From Paragordius varius (taxonomy: Eukaryota; Animalia; Nematomorpha), in NCBI GenBank assembly GCA_964247055.1, contig OZ176060.1:1178001-1242000 (forward strand): a stretch of DNA of 64,000 nt, written 5' to 3'. Shown piece by piece: positions 1 through 36,308 of this stretch. Under the pieces are notes generated by a model. The model was not told the origin of the DNA, did no database searches, and was given only the letters and a program-made list of their open reading frames with translations. A program made the translations under genes and the position numbers. Position 1 is the first letter of the stretch; the number at the start of each line of letters is the position of its first letter.

Positions 1-522
1 TTTATTATTTATTTTATTATGTTTTTATTCAATTATTATTTTATTTTTTTATTAATTATTTTTATTCTATTTTTTATTTTTATATTTTTTATATATATTT
101 CTAATTTTGTTTTTAAATTTTTTATTTTTTAATTTATTAATATCATTATTTTTATTTTTTTAATTTTTTTATTAAAATTTTTAATTTTATTATTTTTTTT
201 TTAATATTTTCTTTAAATTTTTTTTTGATATTTAATATTTTTTATTTATTTATTTTTAATTTTAATAAAATTATAAATTAATATTTTTTTGATTTTTTAA
301 TTTTTTTATATTTTTATTTTATTTCTATAATTAAATTTTTATTTTTATTTTAATATTTTTCAAAAAGTTGAATTATATTATTTTCTATTTTTTTAATTAA
401 TATTTATTATTTCTTAATTTTTTTATTTTTTTTTAATATTTTATTTTTTTTTTATTTTATTTTTTATTTTTTTAATATTTATAATTTAATTTTTATTTTA
501 TTTTATTTATTTTTATTTTTAG

Positions 523-24198
<23,676 letters not shown>

Positions 24199-24659
24199 AA
24201 CAGCTGATTTTTGACATTTCTTATAATTTTTATATCATTTTTTTATAGTTTTATAAATTTTATATGATATCTATAAGTCGAAATAAATTTATTTTATTAA
24301 ATATATATTTTGTTTTTCCTTATTAATTTTAACTAAAACAGCTGATTTTTTAATTAGTTTTGATAATATTTTTTAGATATATATATATATATATATATAT
24401 TAATATATATCATATAGATTAGCAAATAGTAACGATATCAGCTTATTTAACCAATTTTATGTAAAAAATTCTAAAAAGGATATCTAATATAAAATAAAAT
24501 TTTATAAAATAAATAATATAATAATGTCTAAATATTTTTAAAAAAAATTTAAAATTTAATAAATAAGGTTTTTAGAATTTTTTTTTATTAAACACAAAAG
24601 TACTAACAAAGCAGAAATGCGAGCAACATATGGCAAAAAATGTTTGTTGTAAAATATAT

Positions 24660-25300
24660 ATACGGTGGCGTATATATCCGAGATCAGCTGATATATTTTT
24701 AAGGATTTTTTGTGTTTTTGCAAACTATAACATATATATTAGTTGTAAATATAAGATATAAAAATTAAAAATGTAAACATTTTTTTATTATAAAATAAAT
24801 ATTCAAAAAGTCGCGTTATAGACATCCGAGATCAGCTGTTTTTTCGAAAAGTTTCAATAAAAAAATTTCACTAGAATGAGAACTTATATGTGGAGGAGAT
24901 TACCTGTTTTGTTGCAAAAACTAAATATTTAATAAAGTTCCGTTATAGATATCCGAGAAGCTGATTTTTTTGAAGATTTTTAATTAAATTTACCTAGAAT
25001 GAGAGCTTATATATGTAGGAGATCACCTGTTTTGTTGCAAAAACTGAATATTCAAAAAGTCGCGTTACAGATATCCGAGATCAGCTGTTTTTTTTTAAGA
25101 TTTTTAATAAAATTTACATAGAATTAGAGCTTATATATGTACGAGATCACCTGTTTTGTTGCAAAAACTAAATATTCAAAAAGTCGCCTTATATATATCC
25201 GAGATCTCCTGATTTTTCTGAAGATTTTCAATAAAATTTACCTAGAAAGAGAGCTTATAAATGTAGAGGATCAGCTGTTTTGTTGCAAAAATATAAGTAA
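24660..25300. repeat. ~124-bp degenerate tandem repeat (about 5 units) downstream of the collagen stop codon
   Basis: Recurrent AAAAGTCGCGTTA(T/C)AGA(C/T)ATCCGAGATCAGCTG...CCTAGAATGAGAGCTTAT...GATCACCTGTTTTGTTGCAAAAAC at ~24808, 24935, 25057 and 25180. Confidence 0.85.
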
Positions 25301-25499
25301 ATAATAATGATAAAACTACAATCACAAGATTTATTTTCTTTACACATTTTTCGTATTTAAACAACGTTTGTTTAAGGTAGACATTGTTGACAAAAATGGT
25401 AAGGGTCATACAGTAAAAAATTAAGGGAGATTGGTTGTGTTTTTAAAAAAAATATTTGTCTTAGATTTTTAGGTTTTATCCATCATTATTTTTTAATTT

Positions 25500-28400
25500 T
25501 TACTATTTATAGGTTTGAATAAGAGATGAATTAAATATGTTTGTCTTTATGATTTTACGTTTTTTCCGTCCGTATAATTTCAATAATTTTTATTGTATAT
25601 AGGTTTAGAATCAGATATAATTATATCACTGGATCAGCTGATTAATTATTTATATTTTAAATAAAATCTGAGCTATAAAAAGTATATTATTGTCTTTTAG
25701 AAAACTAAATATGTGTGTCTTTATATTTTTTACGTTTTGTTAGTCCGTAGTATAATTACAAAATTTTTACTGTATATAGGTTTAGAATCAGATATAATTA
25801 TATCACTGGATCAGCTGATCAATCAGTTATATTTTAAATAAATTCTGAGCTTTAAAAAGTATATTATTGTCTTTTAGAAAACTAAATATGTGTGTCTTTA
25901 TATTTTTTTACGTTTTGTTAGTCCTACCGTATAATTTCAACAATTTTTACTGTATATAGGTTTAGAATCAGATATAATTATATTTCTAGATCAGCTGATT
26001 AATCAGTTATATTTGAAATAAATTCTGAGCTTTAAAAAGTATATTATTGTCTTTTAGAAAACTAAATATGTGTGTCTTTATATTTTTTTACGTTTTGTTA
26101 GTCCTACCGTATAATTTCAACAATTTTTACTGTATATAGGTTTAGAATCAGATATAATTATATTTCCAGATCAGCTGATTAATCAGTTATATTTTAAATA
26201 AATTCTGAGCTTTAAAAAGTATATTATTCTCTTTTAGAAAACTAAATATGTGTGTCTTTATATTTTTTTTACGTTTTGTTAGTCCTACCGTATAATTTCA
26301 ACAATTTTTACTGTATATAGGTTTAGAATCAGAGATGATTTTCCCAAGATCAACTGATCAATGAGTTATATTTTAAATAAATTCTGAGCTTTAAAAAGTA
26401 TATTATTGTCTTTTAGAAAACTAAATATGTGTTTCTTTATTTTTTTACGTTTTGTTAGTCCTACCGTATAATTTCAACAATTTTTACTGTATATAGGTCA
26501 GATATAATTATATTTCTAGATCAGCTGATCAATCAGTTATATTTTAAATAAATTCTGAGCTTTAAAAAGTATATTATTGTCTTTTAGAAAACTAAATATG
26601 TGTGTCTTTATATTTTTTTAGTTTTGTTAGTCCTACCGTATAATTTCAACAATTTTTACTGTATATAGGTTTAGAATCAGATATAATTATATCTCTAGAT
26701 CAGCTGATCAATCAGTTATAATTTAAATAAATTCTGAGCTTTAAAAAGTATATAATTGTCTTTTAGAATACTAAATATGTGTGTCTTTATATTTTTACGT
26801 TTTGTTAGTCCTACCGTATAATTTCAACAATTTTTACTGTATATAGGTTTAGAATAAGAGATAATTATATTTCCAGATCAGCTGATCAATCATTTGTATT
26901 TTAAATAAATTCTGAGCTTTAAAAAGTATATTTATTGTCATTTAGAAAACTAAATATGTGTGTCTTTATATTTTTTTACGTTTTGTTAGTCCTACCGTAT
27001 AATTTCAACAATTTTTACTGTATATAGGTTTAGAATAAGAGATAATTATATTTCCAGATCAGCTGATCAATCATTTGTATTTTAAATAAATTCTGAGCTT
27101 TAAAAAGTATATTTATTGTCATTTAGAAAACTAAATATGTGTGTCTTTATATTTTTTTACGTTTTGTTAGTCCTACCGTATAATTTCAACAATTTTTACT
27201 GTATATAGGTTTTCCAGATTAGCTGATCAATCAGTTATATTTTAAATAAATTCTGAGCTTTAAAAAGTATATTATTGTCTTTTAGAAAACTAAATATGTG
27301 TGTCTTTATATTTTGACGTTTTGTTAGTCCTACCGTATAATTTCAACAATTTTTACTGTATATAGGTTTAGAATCATATATAATTATATTTCCAGACAGT
27401 GATCAATCAGTTATATTTTAAATAAAAACTGAGCTTTAAAAAGTATATTATTGTCTTTTAGAACACTAAATATGGTGTCTTTATATATTTTTACATTTAA
27501 CCCATCCGTATAAATTTAATTTTTACTGTATATAGGTTTAGAATCAGATATAATTATATTTCCAGATCAGCTGATCAATCAGTTATATTTTAAATAAATT
27601 CTGAGCAATAATAAGTATATTATTGTCTTTTAGAAAACCAAATATGGTTGTCTTTATATTATTACATTTTATCCGTCCGTATACAATATCAACATTTTTT
27701 ACTGATTTTATGTTTAAAATCATCTGTTCTGTTCCAGATGAGCTGATCAATCAGTTATATAAAAAAAGGTTATTATATATCAATCTTTTAAAAAGTATGG
27801 GGTTGGTTGTCTATTAGAAAACCAAATATGTATTCGTCTTTTTTTTACGTTTTGTCCTTCCGTAAATTTCAACAATTTTTTACTGTATATAGATTTGGAA
27901 TAAGAAATAATTTTTTCCAGATCAGCTGATTAATCCTTTGTATTTATTAAAAACTCAATTTTAAAAAGTATGGTTGTCTTCTAAAAAGAAATATTTGTCA
28001 TTATATTTTACATTTTGTCCTCCGGTTTTATAATTTCAACACTTTTTACTGTATATAAGTTTAGTATCATCTGGTTTTCCTCAGATCAGCTGATCATTTG
28101 TATTTTAACAAAAATTAACATTTTAAAAATATAGTTGTTTTTCGGAAAAAATATGGTTGTCTTTTAGGACAAAAAGGTTTTTTTATTGTATAATAGCTAA
28201 TTTCCAAGATCAGCTGATCAATTCTAACAAAAATTAACATTTAACTAAATATGGCTTTCTTTATATTTTTACATTTTGTCCGTCCGTCCTCGTATTATAA
28301 TTTCAGTTCAGTTACTGTAGTAAGTTGATTTTCCCTATATCAGCTGTTTTTCACAGATCAGCTGATTAATTTGATTTTAACGATAATTAACATTTTAAAA

Positions 28401-28830
28401 ATAAGCACGTGTCTTTATATTTTTACATTTTGTCCATCCGTCCGTAGTATAATTTCAATTCAGTTACTGTATATCGGCTAATTGTTCTAAAATCATATGC
28501 TTTTCCCAGAGCAGCTGATTAATCAGTTATATAAATATCAAGTCTTTTAAAAAGTATAATTGTCTTTTAGAAAACCAAATATGGGTTGTGTTTACATTTG
28601 ATCAATCAGTTTTATCTAAAAAATCAAAAGTATAAATGACGTTTTATTGTAAAATTTTACCCGTCCGTATAATTTTAATTTATACTGTGTTCACCCTATT
28701 TTTCCCAGATCAGCTGATTTTTCCTAACAATCGTTTGTATTTTAACAAAAATTAACATTTAAAAACCAAATATTTGTCTTTATATTTTTACATTTTGTCC
28801 TCAGTCCGAAGTAGTATAATTTAAGTTCAA
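25500..28830. repeat. ~180-bp satellite array (about 18-19 units), homogeneous in the centre and decayed at both edges
   Basis: Unit: TATATAGGTTTAGAATCAGATATAATTATATTTCCAGATCAGCTGATCAATCAGTTATATTTTAAATAAATTCTGAGCTTTAAAAAGTATATTATTGTCTTTTAGAAAACTAAATATGTGTGTCTTTATATTTTTTACGTTTTGTTAGTCCTACCGTATAATTTCAACAATTTTTACTG. The GATCAGCTGAT core recurs at ~25632, 25810, 25990, 26170, 26520, 26700, 26878, 27058 and onward. Confidence 0.95.
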
Positions 28831-29043
28831 TTATTGTAAGACATCATCTCGGGCTCTCTCAGGCACATAAATAGGTATTTTTGAAAAGTGAAGTAGATCT
28901 GTTAAAAAATACACCATCTAATTATAAACTTTATCATGACTAATATGCCATGTCATAAATCAATCAAAATACCATTTACAATTCAAATTTACCCTTGAAC
29001 AATTCAGATTTAATATATATATTATGTTTCAAATAATTGAGAA

Positions 29044-29074
<31 letters not shown>

Positions 29075-30558
29075 GTTTCAAATAATTGAGAAATATCTAT
29101 ATACCATTTACAATTCAAATTCACCCTTTAACAATTCAATTCACCCTAAAAATAAATTATATATTTTCGAGCTAATATAACTCTCATTTTTAATATGAAA
29201 TATATGTTTATGTTATAGTTTATTATTACCTTTCAGTATTATTTTAATTTATAACAAAATTTCCTAATTTTAATAAAAATATGAAAATATTGGTAATTAT
29301 TAATCATAAAACATATATTTTAGCATTTACAATTCAAATTCACCCTAAAAATAAATTATATATTTTCGAACTATAATATAACTCATCATTTTAATTAATT
29401 ATTTATAGCAAAGTTTATTATTTTTTCAGTATTATTTAAATTTAAAACAATTTCCTAATTTTTTGAAATATATCCAAATATTGGTAATTATCAACCATAA
29501 ATAGATTTTATATGAGGGTGAATTTGAATTGTTCAAGGGTGAATTTGAACTGTAAATGGTATATATATTGCAAATTTAATATATATATAATATTTTGTTT
29601 GTATATTATAACTCATCATTTTAATTAAATATATATGGCAAAGTTTATTATTTTTTTAGTATTATTTTGATTAAATACAAAGTTTCTTTAAATATTGGTA
29701 ATTATTAATCTTAAAAAACATATATTTTATTTTAGGGTAAATTTGAACTGTTCAAGGGTGAGAATTTGAATTGTTGGAAGGTGAATTTGAATTGTTCGAG
29801 GGTGAGAACTTGAATTGTACGAGGTTGAATTTGAACTGTTTAAGGGTGAACTTGAACTGTAAATGGTGTCTAGTATCTCTGCATAAAACTTTTTTTACCG
29901 CTGTATATTTGATGTGTCTATGAAAATAATTGACGTGATTAGTGAAGACAAGTCTGATAGTCGGTAAATGTACCGATTAACTTCCAGATGTATTCGACCT
30001 CTCCTAATTATTATACTTTTTTTTATATAAATTGTTAAACGTCTAAATTGAAAAAAAAATCAATTTTTTATCTATGTTAGAGTCAGACCCTAGTCAGCAC
30101 AACCCTAGTACAAAAAAATTAATTTAGATATATAAAATGCAAAAGCGAGCGCCTAGCTTAAGGTTTTTTAATGCAATTATAACATGATTGGGAAATAAAG
30201 TTATTAAATATTAAATATTAGTTTAATTCAATGTGTTTTGGAGTGGTATTCTATAACATAGAATAAAGCTTGTAAAATATCTAAGCGTAATGTTTTAAAA
30301 TCAAACAAACTTTAATTAACACTTGGATACAACATATTCATTTCTATATCCTTTGATTCAAATTGGGGTAGTTAGATACCCCAGCCAGGAAAAAACATGG
30401 AATAATAAATTGCGACCTGTTAGTCTTTTAAAAATAAATTCTGCAATCATAAATGATTATAAATAGTTTTAAAAAAAAATATTTTTTTGATAAAAAATAT
30501 TTTTTTGATAAAATATATATTTGAACAAGTATACGATTACCTATACCCTGATCATTTA

Positions 30559-30845
30559 CAGTAAATTTTGATAGTATATACGGACAAAACGTAAAAAAAT
30601 AAGGACAAATATTTTTTTCTAAAAAAACATCCTTTATCAATCTTGATTTTTTTAAATTATCTTTTGTTTTATGTAAAATATGAAAACGATATGTAAATCG
30701 GTAAAACAATCAATTATATATTTTACAATTTTATTTATATAATTTATATGAGAAAAATTATGGTTTAAAAAAGTATGGTTGTTTTTTGAAAAAAATATTT
30801 GTTTCTATTTTTTTTTACGTTTTATCCGTGTAATTTCAACCACTG
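30559..30845. mobile_element. MITE with long TIRs, TA|CAGT...ACTG|TA ends (Tc1/mariner-like non-autonomous element); relatives at 31940-32186, ~35070-35366, 35621-35910, 37146-37418
   Basis: The left arm CAGTAAATTTTGATAGTATATACGGACAAAACGTAAAAAAATAAGGACAAATATTTTTTTC is the approximate reverse complement of the right arm GAAAAAAATATTTGTTTCTATTTTTTTTTACGTTTTATCCGTGTAATTTCAACCACTG. It is TA-flanked and has no ORF. Confidence 0.65.
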
Positions 30846-33800
30846 TAAAACTTTTAAATTACAATTTATGATCCTACATAGAATCATACATAAGGCATTA
30901 TTGCAAGTTTTAATTCATATCTATAGACTTGGCATTTATTTTGTTATATATATACCATTTACAATTATTCACCCTAGAACAATTAAAATTCACCCCCCTT
31001 AAACAATTCAAATTCATTCCCTTAAACAATTCTAATTCACCCTACAAATTGAATTCACCCTTGAACAAATTAAATTCACCCTAGAACACTTCAACTTTAC
31101 CCTTGAACAATTAAAATTCACCCCCCTTAAGCAATTCAAATTCATTCCCTTAAACAATTCTAATTCACCCTTGAACAATTCGAATTCAACTAAAAATAAA
31201 TTGTTTCGGGCTAATATAACTCATTATTAAATATATTTTTATGGTATAATTTAATGTAGTTTCATTTTTTAATATAAAATAAATGTAATTTTTAATCTTA
31301 AAAAACACATAATTTATTTTAGCGTGTATTTTAATAGTTTAAGGGTGAATTTGAACTGTAAATAATAGAAAACAAAACTTAAATTATGAAAGAAAAAAAG
31401 TTGCCAATTATATCAATTTTTTGAAACATCATTGACCCTTAAATTTAATAATACAATACAATACAAATATTTACAAATTTAAACAAATCAATTGAATATT
31501 GTTTCATCTGTATCACTTCTATAGTTATTCCAACATATAATTGTTAAAACGATCATTATGTAAGCCAGTGGTCCTTATGGGGCATAGAAAAATCTAAGGA
31601 AGGGGGGTAAAAAATTTAGAGAATTTAATTAAAAACTAAAGCAAAAAAACAAATTGAAGAATTTTAGATGCAACATATATCAAGATTCGTCACTGATATA
31701 GGAAATTTATTTTTCAAAATCGCAAATACAAAGATCTCATTGATTGATTGAAAGATTTTTATAATAATATGATAATATATTTCACATTTACTTGGATTTT
31801 TTTGAAAGATGGGTTTCGCAAGAATTCATTTAAGGTAGGGCGTGAACAAAAAAAGGTTAAGTTTTTGCGGAAATTATGTAGATTTCTCTCTATAAAAAAC
31901 TTTTTTTCCGCTGTAATACATGAAGCATGTCTAAAAATACAGTAATAACTGAAATAATACAGAAAAAAAATATAAAGACAAATATTTTTTCTAAAAGGCA
32001 AGCCTATACTTTTAAATTTTAATTATTCTCATATAAATTATATAAATACAAATTTTAAATATATAATTGATTGTGTAACCACCACTTTTTAAAAATGTAG
32101 TTTGAAAAAGTATGGTGGTCTTTTTTGAAAAAAAAAACATTTGTTTATATTTTTAGGTTTTGTCTGTATAATTTCCATTTTTACTGTTATTCTTCGGATC
32201 AAAGAAAATAGGTTTTGATAGTCGGTAAATGTACCGATATACTTCCAGTTTTATTCCACCTCTCCTAATAATTGTTTTTCATATAAATTGTTAGGCGTCT
32301 AAATTGAAAAAAAATCAATTTTTATCATTGTTAGCTTCAGTTGTTAGGTCTGACCAAGGTCTTTAACCTGGTCAGCACAACCCTAGTACAAAAAAAGTAA
32401 ATAATTACATACAAGAGGGACTGATTTAAGATTTCTCCAATTATTATCACAAAATTGAGAAATAATTTTATATTTCCAATATTTCATGTGTTTTAGAGCG
32501 GCTCTAAAAGTTAGACTCTCTAAAAGCTAAAAGCCAGTAAAATAACTAAGCGTTTTGATATAATACAGCGTACAATGTTTGATAATCAAATTTTAAATAC
32601 AACAGCGTAACCAGTATTTAAATACAACAGCGAAACCAGTAGTTACTTAAAACCATACGCTTTGGGATATAATTTTACCCCTAAAAGTATTAATTAGAAA
32701 AAAGAGTAGAAACGTGATCAAGTATTAAATTTGATGCAATTATAACATAATTGGGAAAAGATTTTCTCAAATATTAGTAAGATTATATCGTGTTTTGGGA
32801 GTCTCCTAATTTTAGATTTAGAAGTCCTAAAACTGTAAAAAATATAAACTTTTTTTATCTATTACAGAAACGCAAAGGTTGTCAATTAATTTATAAATAT
32901 AAGTACAACTTAAAAACTGGGATAATTTTAAGATTATTTTTGTTGAAAAATGACATTTTTATAATAATTTTTGAATTTTGTTCATATTTTTGAGTATTTT
33001 TTGAACTTTTTGAAATTCTCGTTGCATTTTATTTTGTATACAATGACATTTTGTCAATATTTTTATTTAACTTATACTTCATTATCTGTTCATTTGAATC
33101 ATGTTACAGAATTCAATTTTGCAATAAACTAACTTTTTGAAAATTGTTTTAGGTAAAATTTAATTATTATCTTCTAAAACTTTCAAAGAAAGTTAAATTT
33201 TTAATTTCCGATACCACCACAAAAGATAAATTCGAATGAAGTGTTAATTATACAAGGCTAAGTTGTAGGTGTAAAAAATATTTGTATGATCTCATCGTGC
33301 TCAAAATTTAATTTAAAGAAGTGATAATTAAAACAATATAAAAATTAGTAGTTTAATTAAAAATTGAACTCTGTGTAATAATAACACCCCAATATGTAAC
33401 TATTTTTTAAAGTTTTCGGAGTGTTAATCGTTAATTAAAAATTCTTTAAGAAAGTCTCCTACAAATCAAAATATTATAAAATTTTAAAACAACCAACAAC
33501 AATTTTAAGCTATAACAATCAAGTATAAGCTCAGGATCTAGGTCCACCAATAATCATAAAAAAAGAATTGTTAAAAAGTGTTAATTAAAACATCTTAAAT
33601 TAATAATTTTATACAACTATACACATAAAAATGCATCAAAATGTCATCGTAAACATAATAAACAAATGAATTTTAACATTTCATTACCATTATACTCTTT
33701 TTTGGTGAATTTTTATAACTCATAATTTGATTTTGTAATCAAACTAATTTTTTGAAAGGTACTTTTAATCTTATTAATTTTCTTTTATTTTAGTTAATCC

Positions 33801-34024
33801 ATTGAAAAAGATACTCTCATGTATCGAAAATTTTGGATATAGTTTGAATTCAATAAATTTTACGAGAATACAAATTATTATTTTAAAATATAAAAACTTG
33901 AATCTTTGATAAGATGTTTAAATTTTAAATCATTTTAGGATACAAAATTGCACTAAAAGTTAAAATATATTAAATAATTGTTGGAAAAAAAACTTTTTAA
34001 ATATCTATATATAATTATAAATAG

Positions 34025-34096
34025 ATCATACCTCACTCTTTAGTGTTTGTAGTCGATAACTGCCTTGAGTTGTAACCTTTTATTCAAATGGTAATT
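34025..34096 (+). promoter_or_regulatory. Duplicate of the RPL5 5'UTR plus ATG|GT micro-exon (ATG 34088-34090)
   Basis: Near-identical to 39308-39380, keeping CCTCACTCTTT and TTCAAATG|GTAATTTT. It is not followed by its own exon 2. Confidence 0.7.
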
Positions 34097-36026
34097 TTGC
34101 TAGAGTTTTTCTGTAATATCAAAATCAATTACGTATTTTATCATTGTAGTTAACACTTATTAAGGCGAATTGGTATATAATAGGTAGGAGACCGAACTGT
34201 TAAACTGCATGCTTGAGTTCGAACTTAAAACTACGCATTTTTTTATCATTACTATCAATTAGCCCTCGTCAAGCAAGCGAGTTTTAAAGCCTTCACAAGT
34301 CCTGAATACAATTTAAGTATACTAACTCTTTAAGAAAATCGAAAAAACGAGATTCTAAACTGTATATTTTTTTAAAAATGTTGTCAACGAGAACGAATAT
34401 TTTATCTTAAAATAATAATTTGAATTCTCGTAAAATTTATTAAAATTAAACTATATCCACCAAAATTTTTATTTAAAACATATGACCTTTTCACTTTTTT
34501 CATTTGTTTTAGTTAACCTTTTGTGGTAATTTAAGATACCAGAGCGCAATTTAGTTAATAAAAAGTAAGCTTTTGAAAGGTATTTTAGTTAAAATTTAAT
34601 TATCAAACGTAATTTTCCTGTATAAAAAAATAAAAAGCTTATATTTTTTATAGTTTTGTTAGTTCTAGAGTATAAAATTGGGGCAGCTCCAAAACACGAT
34701 TGAACGAACAGCTGATATTAAAATGAAAATATATTAAGGTTTAGCTGATAAAATGTAGTTTAATGCTTTTAAAAGTTAATTTTTTTCATTTTCACATAAT
34801 ATACATTCATTTGCTGTTGAATGGCGGCATTAAAGTTTTTGATAAGGGTTTTATTTACAAAATTATTTTTTAATAATGTGCATAAAAGACTTAAGAAAGC
34901 ATATTTTTAAATTCGGTTTAATACCTTAAATACTTCATAAGATATTCGAATTTTACTCTTGGATATAGGACTACCTAAGCAGTGTTAAATATAGTCAGAA
35001 TTTTAATGTATAATATTTAGAAAAAAACGTTAAAAATAAAAATTTTCTTTAGAGAACAAGGGGAATGAAGAATAAAAATACATTAATAGACAAAACTTAA
35101 AAATATAAAAATAAAATTTTTTCAAAAGTCAATAAACCCATACTTTTTGGGAAACCTTAATTTTTGCTATAAAATATAGTTAATTAAAATTTTAAAGTAC
35201 ATATTTGATTGTGCTACCAAATTACATTTTTATTTTATAGTTTGTAGTTAAAAAAATCAGTTAATTATATTTAAAAAAATCAAGATATTAAAGGGTTGAT
35301 TAAAAAAAATATTTATCTTTATATTTAAAAATATTTGTCTTTATGTTTATATAGTTTCAATTACTGTAAAAGGGTAAATTTCAAAACAAATACTTAATTA
35401 AGTCGATAAACTATTTAAAAATAAATCTTATTCATTTCCCCCCCCCCCTTTTTTTAAAAAAATATTTGGGAAACTTAGGTTGAACTTATTTTAGTTCAAG
35501 CGTTAATCTTTTAAAAATAAATTCTGCAATCATAAATATTTATAGATAGTTTTAAAAAATATTTTTTTGATATAAAATATATTTGAACAAGTATACGATT
35601 ACCTATACCCTGATCATTTACAGTAAATTTTGATAGTATATACGGACAAAACGTAAAAAAATAAGGACAAATATTTTTTTCTAAAAAAACATCCTTTATC
35701 AATCTTGATTTTTTAAATAATCTATTGTTTTAAACTGTAAAATATGAAAACTATATGTAGATCGGTAAAACAATTAATTTTATATTTTACAATTTTAGTT
35801 ATAAATTTTGGATGAAAAAAATTATGGTTTTTAAAAAAGTATGGTTGTCTTTGGAAAAAATATTTGTCTCTATATTTTTACCTTTTGTCCGTGTAATATC
35901 AATTTTACTGTAAAACCTATTAAATTACAATTTATGATCCCACATAGAATCATACATAAGGCATTATAGCAAGTTGAAAATCATAGCCATAAGATAGCAC
36001 TTGGTATTACAAATTTGTTTTATATA

Positions 36027-36308
36027 TACCATTTACAATTCAATTTCACCCTTGAACAATTCAAATTCACCCTAAAAATATATTATGTGTTTTCGGGCTA
36101 ATATAACCTCATTATTAAAAAGAAATATATTTTTATGGCATAGAATATTATTTTTTCAGTATCATATTAATTTTAACGTAATTTCACTTTTTTTTAAAAA
36201 AAAATAGAGGCAGTTTTTAATCTTAAAAAACACAATTTATTTTAGGGTTAATTTGAATTGTTCGAGGATTTTCGATTGTTCAAGGGTGAGTTTGAATCGT
36301 AAATGGTA
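36027..36308. mobile_element. Foldback/MITE-like element with modular TIRs (21-23-bp subrepeats); relatives at ~28970, 29102-29561, ~29600-29868, 30953-31362
   Basis: TA|TACCATTTACAATTCAATTTCACCCTTGAACAATTCAAATTCACCCTAAAA ... TTTAGGGTTAATTTGAATTGTTC..CAAGGGTGAGTTTGAATCGTAAATGGTA|TA. The arms are built from tandem AATTCACCCTTGAACAATTCA modules. Confidence 0.65.

Noticed and set aside
34164-34237. Functional tRNA-Asn(GTT)
   Set aside because: The anticodon, D and acceptor stems do not pair, and the T-loop geometry is off. Kept only as a low-interest relic.
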